In this document: one piece after another, positions 58,087 through 64,000 of the stretch
Layout: each line of letters begins with the position of its first letter
Numbering within the stretch: the first letter of the stretch is position 1
Assembly: GCA_038887295.1 (NCBI GenBank)
Contig: JAWAKW010000001.1
Location: 173,668 to 237,667, forward strand
DNA: 64,000 bases
Direction of reading: 5' to 3'
From: Candidatus Anstonellaceae archaeon
GTDB taxonomy: Archaea > Micrarchaeota > Micrarchaeia > Anstonellales > Anstonellaceae
Notes under the pieces: generated by a model
What the model was told of the DNA's origin: nothing
Seen by the model: the letters and a program-made list of their open reading frames with translations, nothing else
Databases searched by the model: none
Position numbers and translations under genes: made by a program

Positions 58087-58141
58087 AACTAATCACCAAA
58101 GAAAAAGCTCCTAGTTTCTATATAAACGTTTCTCTTGAAGC

Positions 58142-58741
58142 TCAGCAAGAACTAGAAAAAGACTCAAATTCATCCAACTTTTTTCTTGCCTGATTTACAA
58201 GAGAAGCAAAATCAAAGTTCTGGTCGTTGTCCGCTGATGCAAACTGCGCAAGCAGCTGGACGTCTTTTTTCCTGATTGCACTTTCAACTACCCACCTAAG
58301 CTCCCTATTTACTCCTCGGATTGCTTGTTTGAAATGAAACAAATCCTTTTCGCAATGGTATACCATATTTAGTTGGTTGTGCCTAATTAGTATTAGCAAG
58401 CCATATCTTATCGCTCTCTTTTGCATGCAATAAAACAGCGCATTTGCTATCCTTTCAAATTGATGGTTTCTTGCAAGCGCATCAATTGCAATAATCGAGT
58501 TCCATCTACCTTCTGCATAGCCTGCAATGCTTTCTAATATATCAAAAGCCCCATTTCTTTCAAGGAACAGTATCGCCTCCCTTACCTCATTTATATTCTT
58601 TGACTTTTTTGCGGTGTACTCTGCCATAGCAAGCTTTTGCGCAGTGATGTCTTCCTCAACAATTACTGCAACCCGCCTTATTTCAGTGCCGACTCGCTTA
58701 GCAGGAGTAGTGGTGAGATATTTGACCCTCTTTTGCATCAT
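58142..58741 (-). CDS. hypothetical protein
   Basis: Start trimmed to MMQKRVKYL so the ORF does not run into the divergent tRNA-Val gene. Confidence 0.35.
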   Translation of the reverse strand: MMQKRVKYLTTTPAKRVGTEIRRVAVIVEEDITAQKLAMAEYTAKKSKNINEVREAILFLERNGAFDILESIAGYAEGRWNSIIAIDALARNHQFERIANALFYCMQKRAIRYGLLILIRHNQLNMVYHCEKDLFHFKQAIRGVNRELRWVVESAIRKKDVQLLAQFASADNDQNFDFASLVNQARKKLDEFESFSSSC

Positions 58742-58815
58742 TCTTTTTTCCTTTGAACATTTTATAAAGCAAAATGCCACATTTTTTAGCTGTTTGCAGC
58801 CAAAACAGAAAGCAA

Positions 58816-58910
58816 GGGCCCGTAGTCGAATAGCCAAATCCAGGCTCGACAATGGTTAAGACGTCGCTCTTACACAGCGAAGATTCGCGGTTCGAATCCG
58901 CGCGGGCCCA
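58816..58910 (+). tRNA. tRNA-Val(TAC) with a 22-nt non-canonical intron in the D-loop
   Basis: Manual fold gives acceptor GGGCCCG/CGGGCCC, anticodon arm TCGCT-CTTACAC-AGCGA, variable AGATT and T-arm CGCGG-TTCGAAT-CCGCG. The stretch between nt 8 and 26 is 41 nt instead of 19, and removing AATAGCCAAATCCAGGCTCGAC (58829..58850) restores a normal D-arm. Confidence 0.7.
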
Positions 58911-58924
58911 TTCCCTAGGGGGCA

Positions 58925-59050
58925 CTAATCTAATCCTTAGGGCCCCCTGAGGGTTCACCCCCAAAGGGCAACCGCAATTTTTTTGGTATGGGGATCTAAT
59001 CTAATCCTTAGCGCCCCCTCACTGTTCAACCCGAATGGTAACCGCAATTT
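58925..59050. repeat. tandem pair of ~55-60-nt imperfect direct repeats downstream of tRNA-Val
   Basis: ctaatctaatccttagggccccctgagggttcacccccaaagggcaaccgcaattttt compared with ctaatctaatccttagcgccccctcactgttcaacccgaatggtaaccgcaatttttt. Confidence 0.75.
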
Positions 59051-59139
59051 TTTGGAAAGAGTTTGCCAAAAATAAGACAACCCACTATTCTGCAAACTTT
59101 TTTTCTTCAACCCCCAAACTCCCCAGCAGATCTAGTGTT

Positions 59140-59260
59140 TGCCTTAGGGGTTGAGGAAAGGGGACAATAGAAACGCTGGTGTTCCCCTTTCCACTGGTGT
59201 TGGCATTAGGGGTTGAGGAAAGGGGACAGTGGAAAATCTAGTGTTCCCCTTTCCAGGGTG
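59140..59260. repeat. tandem pair of ~55-nt direct repeats, each holding a 10-bp GC-rich hairpin
   Basis: ttaggggttgaggaaaggggaca.tagaaa..ctggtgttcccctttcc occurs twice, each with stem GGAAAGGGGA/TCCCCTTTCC; the repeats lie at the 3' end of the minus-strand gene 59238..59828. Confidence 0.75.
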
Positions 59261-59828
59261 TGCCTTCTATAAAGTAGGAAAGCTCGACCAGATATCTTAC
59301 ATATTTTTTCCTTCCAGCATAAGATAACTCATCGTATGCAAGCACTCCCAAATCGGTTAAACAGATTTTGCGTTCCTCAAAAAATGAGGAGGATGGCAAG
59401 ATGTAGCATTGACCTTCATCAGTATTACCAATGGGCACTTTTTCTACTTCAACTGCGCCTGTCAGATTAATCTCATAGGCAGAAAGCATTCTGTTGCTTT
59501 CAAAGAAAGTAGTTATATCATTACATTCTTCCTTCTCATTTTTTATGCAAAAAAACACTTGATTTTCAAGAAAATAAAATAAAATTGAAGACCTTTTTTC
59601 AGCATCTGCATAAACTTCAATTTTCATTCTTCTTCCTTCTCGCCATACTGTCTCATACCTTTCTTTGCCATCCTCATAAATTACATAATGCGCAGTATAG
59701 TTGATTTTACTTTCGGGAAGGAAAAAAAACTGACTGCTTGAAGCACCATCTGGTCTATTTTGCGTCTCATTATTTTGAATGTCAACACAGCCAAGCAAAA
59801 GCAGGAATGCCAAAATTTCAAATCGCAC
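59238..59828 (-). CDS. putative secreted lipoprotein-like protein
   Basis: A signal peptide ending LLLLGC followed by a hydrophilic domain. Confidence 0.45.
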   Translation of the reverse strand: MRFEILAFLLLLGCVDIQNNETQNRPDGASSSQFFFLPESKINYTAHYVIYEDGKERYETVWREGRRMKIEVYADAEKRSSILFYFLENQVFFCIKNEKEECNDITTFFESNRMLSAYEINLTGAVEVEKVPIGNTDEGQCYILPSSSFFEERKICLTDLGVLAYDELSYAGRKKYVRYLVELSYFIEGTPWKGEH

Positions 59829-59879
59829 TATCGCATTTTCCCAGCACTTTTTATTACTTTTTTGCTTGATTTCAAATCA

Positions 59880-60167
59880 ATGTATCTGAAAATCCACAAC
59901 AACGGCGAAGTGGTTGCCCTTTGTGATGAAGATTTGTTAGGCAAGGTTTTTTCAGATGGACCGCGAAAGCTTGACCTTGCAAAATATGCTGATTTTTACG
60001 CAGGCCAAAAGGTAAGCATCAAGCAGGCTGCAGAGGTGCTGAAAACTGCAAGGAATGTCAATCTGGTCGGCAGAGAGGCGCTGCAAGCAGCAAAAGAGGC
60101 AGGGCTGGAGGTTTCAGGAGCCATCTTTATCGGCGGCGTGCCACACCTTCAAATCTATCGCATCTAA
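59880..60167 (+). CDS. hypothetical protein (conserved archaeal small protein-like)
   Basis: Start trimmed to MYLKIHNNGEV to avoid overlapping the convergent upstream gene. Confidence 0.35.
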   Translation: MYLKIHNNGEVVALCDEDLLGKVFSDGPRKLDLAKYADFYAGQKVSIKQAAEVLKTARNVNLVGREALQAAKEAGLEVSGAIFIGGVPHLQIYRI

Positions 60168-60206
60168 AACCTAACTAATATTAATTTTTCACTCCTTCCT
60201 TTTTGC

Positions 60207-60608
60207 ATGAAGCAAATTGCAATTATCGCAGATGACAGGGTAGGATTGCTGGCAGACATTTCCTATATTTTAGGCAAGGCAAAAATAAATATTGAAGCAA
60301 TCTCGGTTCAGACACAGGGCGACAAAGGCATCATCAATCTTACTGTCAAAGATGACCAAAAAGCAATGAAAATGCTTTCTTCAAATGGCTTTCAGGTGTT
60401 TGCCTCAGATATCTTGCTGGTGCGACTCAAAGATGAACCAGGCGAAATGGCAAAAATGACAAAGATTTTGCGGGACAACCATATCAATATTGAATCGCTT
60501 TATATTGTGGCACGCGGATGCGATGGCTTTGCAGTGCACGCACTCAAAGTGGATAAACAAAAGAAGGGAAAGAAACTCCTTTCAGACTTTATCATCAAAT
60601 CAGACTAA
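60207..60608 (+). CDS. tandem ACT-domain protein
   Basis: Two ACT-like halves (IAIIADDRVGLLADISYILGKAKINIEAISV ...). Confidence 0.6.
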   Translation: MKQIAIIADDRVGLLADISYILGKAKINIEAISVQTQGDKGIINLTVKDDQKAMKMLSSNGFQVFASDILLVRLKDEPGEMAKMTKILRDNHINIESLYIVARGCDGFAVHALKVDKQKKGKKLLSDFIIKSD

Positions 60609-60644
60609 TGCCTTTTTATAGGTAGCCTTCGAGGAATACTTTGG

Positions 60645-61049
60645 GTGTGGGAAATGAAGCAGATGACTGTTATTGTGCCGGATAAAGTAGGCCTTTTGGC
60701 AGATATTTCCTATATCTTAGGAAAGGCAAAAATAAACATCGATTCAGTTTCTGTGGCTTCTACAGGAGGAACCGCAATACTTACATTCTTTCTTAAAGAC
60801 GAAAAAAAAGCAGCACAGCTTTTGAGGCAAAACGGCTACAAAGTACTGGAATCTGAAGTGTCTATCGCCCGACTAAAAGACAGACCTGGTGAGCTTTCTG
60901 AGCTTTCCTCAAAGCTTGCAGAGGCAAATATCAACATTCTCAATCTCTATATAGTGGCAAAAGAAAGCGGATATGCATACGTGGCAATCAAGGTAGACAA
61001 ACCAAGGAAAGCAAAGAAGATACTTATTCCATATTTGCAAGCAGACTAG
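60645..61049 (+). CDS. tandem ACT-domain protein (paralogue)
   Basis: About 45% identical to the previous gene, with the same TVIVPDKVGLLADISYILGKAKINIDSVSV segment. Confidence 0.6.
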   Translation: MWEMKQMTVIVPDKVGLLADISYILGKAKINIDSVSVASTGGTAILTFFLKDEKKAAQLLRQNGYKVLESEVSIARLKDRPGELSELSSKLAEANINILNLYIVAKESGYAYVAIKVDKPRKAKKILIPYLQAD

Positions 61050-61924
61050 CTTTCCGGAAGTTCTATTTCCAGCTCGAATGCAGAAACAAACTTTGCCTTT
61101 TTTGCAGCAAGCACATCATTTATCTTTTCAATCTCCAATCCTTTTGCCTTAAGCTCATTTGCTTCTTGCAGCACTTGGCTTACAGCCTCAAAATTAGAAT
61201 AGATTGCCTCAGCACATTTTCTTGCTTCTTGCCGTTTCAGCTCAATCTCCTCCAAAGCTTTCTTTTGGTGTTCTAGCCGCTCTACAAGTTTTTTGTACGC
61301 CTTTTGCGCTTCTCTTTCATCAGCTGTTTCCCTCGGCTGATTGGCATAATAAAAATCCAAAGCTTCTGAAAAAGTCTGGAATTTCAAATCTCCCTCCTGC
61401 GCTTCAAAGCTGTATGAGGAAGGTTTGCCAGAAGCATCCAGCTTCACCCCAAAAGAAGGAACCAAAGGCAGATTCATTTTGAAACCCGTGGGCTTCGGGA
61501 AAGAATATTTTTCTCCTTTTGCAATCTTTCTTCCACCAGCATCATCATTTCTCAGGCATGCAAGTATGCAGTTATTCGAGTCTGCCAAAATCAGATTCCC
61601 TTTCCTAAAAAGCTCAAAAATCAGCATCTGTTCTTCTGACTTAAGCAAAACTATCCTATCTGACTCATGCTGCCAAATCCGATCAACTTTTTTGCCCTCC
61701 AGCCTCTTTCGCAGGAATGCCACAAACCCGTCAGGGGAAGGTTGTGCTTGAAATGCCTGCATGGTAAGGTGAAGCCTGACCGGGGGCTCAAACAAAAGCT
61801 CTTGTGAGCCTATTTTGAAAAGGAAAATACCATCTTGCGTCTTTCTGATTTTTCCAATGTGCTTGCCTTGCAGGAAAGAAAGTTCGGCTAAAACAAAGTG
61901 CAAGTCAGCAGAAGACATCTGTTG
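61046..61924 (-). CDS. NFACT-N domain protein (short Rqc2/NEMF/FbpA-family homologue)
   Basis: The N-terminus SADLHFVLAELSFLQGKHIGKIRKTQDGIFLFKIG matches NFACT-N and a coiled coil follows. Only about 290 aa, whereas family members are usually more than 500 aa. Confidence 0.5.
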   Translation of the reverse strand, partial: QQMSSADLHFVLAELSFLQGKHIGKIRKTQDGIFLFKIGSQELLFEPPVRLHLTMQAFQAQPSPDGFVAFLRKRLEGKKVDRIWQHESDRIVLLKSEEQMLIFELFRKGNLILADSNNCILACLRNDDAGGRKIAKGEKYSFPKPTGFKMNLPLVPSFGVKLDASGKPSSYSFEAQEGDLKFQTFSEALDFYYANQPRETADEREAQKAYKKLVERLEHQKKALEEIELKRQEARKCAEAIYSNFEAVSQVLQEANELKAKGLEIEKINDVLAAKKAKFVSAFELEIELPES

Positions 61925-61979
61925 CATGAAAAAAGCTTTTTGCTTATCCTTTTTTATTTGCAACGCCCAATAGTGTGCC

Positions 61980-63260
61980 ATGTCAAAAATCAAGGACCCC
62001 TCTTTGGCCTCAAGCGGGCTGCTGGAACTGGAGTGGGCAAAGAAAAACATGCCGCTTCTTTCTAAAATAACGCGCGATTTTGAGAAGGGGAAGCCATTTG
62101 AAGGCATAAACATTTCAGTTGCACTTCATCTTGAGAAAAAGACTGGAGTGCTTTTGCTGGCCTTGGCAGCGGGAGGAGCACGTGTGTATGCTTCTTCCTG
62201 CAACCCGCTTACCACAGATGATTCAGTGGCAGCTGCACTTTCAAAAGAAGGCATAGAGGTATTTGCCTGGTCAGGCCAAACAAGGAAGGAATATTATTCC
62301 TGCTTCAATTGGGTGCTTGACGCCAAGCCTCACATAATAATTGATGATGGTTGTGACTTGATAAATTTAGTCCACTTTTCAAGGAAAGATGCTTCAAGTA
62401 AGCTTTTGGGTGCATGCGAAGAGACAACCACCGGAGTTCTTCGCCTTTTGGCAATGCAGAAAGCAGGAAAGCTTTCAATCCCGGTTTTTGCGGTAAATAA
62501 TGCTTATTCAAAATTCTTGCTTGACAATCAATTTGGCACCGCACAATCTACTGTCGAGGCAATCTCGCGTGCCACTAACAAGCTGATTGCCGGCAAAACC
62601 GTGGTGGTGGTTGGCTATGGCTGGTGTGGCAGAGGGATCGCAAGCAGAATGAAGGCAATGGGTGCAAATGTAATAGTAGTGGAAGCGGACGTGCAGGCAG
62701 AAGCAGGGCCCTCGGGAGCCCACAAGGCACTTTTAGCTCTTTACGAAGGTTTCCGCGTAATGCCCATGAAGCAGGCTGCAAAAGAAGGAGATATCTTTAT
62801 CACAGCAACAGGAAATACTTCTGTTATTTCTGCTCCTCACTTTTCTCTTATGAAGGATGGTGCAATATTGTGCAATGCAGGACACTTCGATGTGGAAATC
62901 GACCAGGCGGCCTTGCACAAAGCAAGCAAAAGGATATGGAAAGTCAAGGAGAATATAACTGCCTACCAGCTTAAATCAGGTAAGATTCTTTATCTTCTTT
63001 CCGAGGGAAGACTGGTGAATTTGGCAAGGCCTGCTGGTCAAGGCCATCCCATAGAGATAATGGATGGCAGCTTTGCGCTTCAGGCTTTATGCTGCAGGCT
63101 GCTTGCAACCCAAAAGCCGCCTTCGCCTGGCGTGCATCCTGTGCCATGGCAAATCGATACTCAGGTGGCTCGCATGATTTTGGAATCTGCAGGCATAAAG
63201 TTGGAAAAACTAAGCGAAAAACAAAGAAAGTACTTGCAGGACTTTGCTTACGGCACCTGA
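61980..63260 (+). CDS. ahcY: S-adenosyl-L-homocysteine hydrolase
   Basis: The NAD-binding VVVVGYGWCGRGIA segment and overall SAHH architecture. Confidence 0.85.
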   Translation: MSKIKDPSLASSGLLELEWAKKNMPLLSKITRDFEKGKPFEGINISVALHLEKKTGVLLLALAAGGARVYASSCNPLTTDDSVAAALSKEGIEVFAWSGQTRKEYYSCFNWVLDAKPHIIIDDGCDLINLVHFSRKDASSKLLGACEETTTGVLRLLAMQKAGKLSIPVFAVNNAYSKFLLDNQFGTAQSTVEAISRATNKLIAGKTVVVVGYGWCGRGIASRMKAMGANVIVVEADVQAEAGPSGAHKALLALYEGFRVMPMKQAAKEGDIFITATGNTSVISAPHFSLMKDGAILCNAGHFDVEIDQAALHKASKRIWKVKENITAYQLKSGKILYLLSEGRLVNLARPAGQGHPIEIMDGSFALQALCCRLLATQKPPSPGVHPVPWQIDTQVARMILESAGIKLEKLSEKQRKYLQDFAYGT

Positions 63261-63312
63261 ACGCAACATATTTATGCCTTTTTACTTTTAACCCTACACT
63301 TTGAGGGATAGT

Positions 63313-63597
63313 ATGAAAATAAGCGAGCTTAAGCCTGGCACAAATGCAGACGTGGAAGGTGAAATTGTAAAATTGGAGCCTCCGCGGGACATAATCACAA
63401 AGTTCGGCAAGAAAACTCGTGTTGCAAATGCAACTCTCAAAGATGACAGCGGAGAAATTCTGCTTTCACTTTGGGACAAGGATGCAGATGCATTTGCAGA
63501 AGGCGACAGGGTAAGAGTAGAAAAAGGCTGGGTATCAGAATTTCGCGGAAACTTGCAGCTTTCTGCAGGCAGATCTGGGAAAATCACCAAGGTTTGA
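63313..63597 (+). CDS. OB-fold single-stranded nucleic-acid-binding protein (short SSB/RPA-like)
   Basis: About 95 aa with a typical OB pattern (VEGEIVKLEPPRDIITKFGKKTRVANATLKDDSGEILLSLWDKDA). Confidence 0.5.
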   Translation: MKISELKPGTNADVEGEIVKLEPPRDIITKFGKKTRVANATLKDDSGEILLSLWDKDADAFAEGDRVRVEKGWVSEFRGNLQLSAGRSGKITKV

Positions 63598-63628
63598 TTT
63601 GTGTTAGAAAATGGATAAGTTAATATCG

Positions 63629-63668
63629 TGTTAACATATATTTAAAAATGTTAATTCTATATTAACAT
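63629..63668 (+). promoter_or_regulatory. palindromic putative operator upstream of the thermosome gene
   Basis: A perfect 8-nt palindrome TGTTAACA (63629-63636) and the inverted repeat ATGTTAAT-N5-ATTAACAT (63648-63668) share the half-site TGTTAA. They lie 50-90 nt upstream of the thermosome ATG, with a GAGGTGAT Shine-Dalgarno at -11. Confidence 0.45.
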
Positions 63669-63719
63669 CTGCTTGCAAAGCCGATTTTCTGCTCAATATT
63701 TTTGTGAGAGGTGATATAA

Positions 63720-64000
63720 ATGACTAAAGCACTTGAAGGACAGCAGGTAATGATACTCCCTGAAGGGAGCAACAGAGTAATTGGTAGGGATGCGCAAAGA
63801 ATAAACATAGCAGTCGCATATGCAGTTGCAAACATAGTCAGAACCACTCTTGGTCCAAAGGGAATGGACAAAATGCTGGTCTCTGAGCTTGGAGATATCG
63901 TTATTACTAACGATGGCGCAACTATTCTGGAAGAAATGAATGTCGAGCATCCCGCAGCAAAGATTATGGTAGAAATTGCCAAGACCCAAGACAAAGAGGT
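63720..64000 (+). CDS. ths: thermosome (group II chaperonin) subunit, N-terminal part; continues past the window end
   Basis: The N-terminus [19 protein letters not shown]...[13 protein letters not shown]...ITNDGATIL is the group II chaperonin signature. The frame is open at the window end, so the ORF track did not list it. Confidence 0.85.
   Translation, partial: MTKALEGQQVMILPEGSNRVIGRDAQRINIAVAYAVANIVRTTLGPKGMDKMLVSELGDIVITNDGATILEEMNVEHPAAKIMVEIAKTQDKE

Noticed and set aside
58911-59260. The repeat region as a CRISPR array
   Set aside because: There are only two copies per repeat type. The units are 55-60 nt and imperfect, there is no regular repeat-spacer periodicity, and no cas genes are nearby.
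63662-63994. Two minus-strand ORFs at the right edge (63662..63994 and 63693..63989)
   Set aside because: They are antisense to the unmistakable thermosome N-terminus, which is open to the window end.

Overview
This 64-kb window is an archaeal chromosome segment with a compositionally distinct 9-kb island at its centre. The lineage is archaeal on the evidence of a DUF35/thiolase/HMG-CoA synthase mevalonate trio, Alba, aIF5B, aIF2alpha, the L44e-S27e-aIF2alpha-Nop10 cluster, GINS-PriS-PriL, a thermosome, CarS (CDP-archaeol synthase), and promoters built from a TATA box with leaderless starts. The backbone is about 50-55% GC, counted by eye on sample lines, and is densely coding. Most backbone genes are housekeeping: tRNA synthetases CysRS and AspRS, translation and replication factors, mevalonate-pathway enzymes, GlmU/GlmM-like sugar-nucleotide enzymes, purF, nadC and SAHH. 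RNA genes comprise three tRNAs and a lone 16S rRNA. The tRNAs are Ala(TGC) and two that carry introns: Gln(CTG) with a 13-nt intron at 37/38 and Val(TAC) with a 22-nt non-canonical D-loop intron. The 16S sits on the minus strand without a 23S in the window. Its flanks form a long processing stem. It contains three intron-like insertions of about 28, 42 and 48 nt at otherwise universally conserved sites, one splitting the 530 loop. The most striking feature is the AT-rich island at about 4.34-13.39 kb (roughly 35-38% GC on sample lines), abutting the 3' end of tRNA-Ala. It carries three giant co-directional ORFan genes of 1340, 856 and 759 aa. They are N/K/I-rich and include a coiled-coil region, a Thr/Pro-rich linker and a beta-barrel-like C-terminus. 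Archaeal TATA and Shine-Dalgarno signals drive them, and no integrase or att repeat is visible. Other notable loci are a second ORFan cluster with a probable frameshift next to a LAGLIDADG-like gene, and a mosaic cluster of three pilin-like genes (class III signal peptides) sharing duplicated 5' modules and a new Cys-rich C-terminal domain family. There are also tandem hairpin-containing repeats downstream of tRNA-Val and a palindromic putative operator upstream of the thermosome gene. Small conserved genes missed by the ORF track were recovered by hand: rps27e, nop10, and a left-edge gene running off the window. No CRISPR array or canonical defence system was seen.
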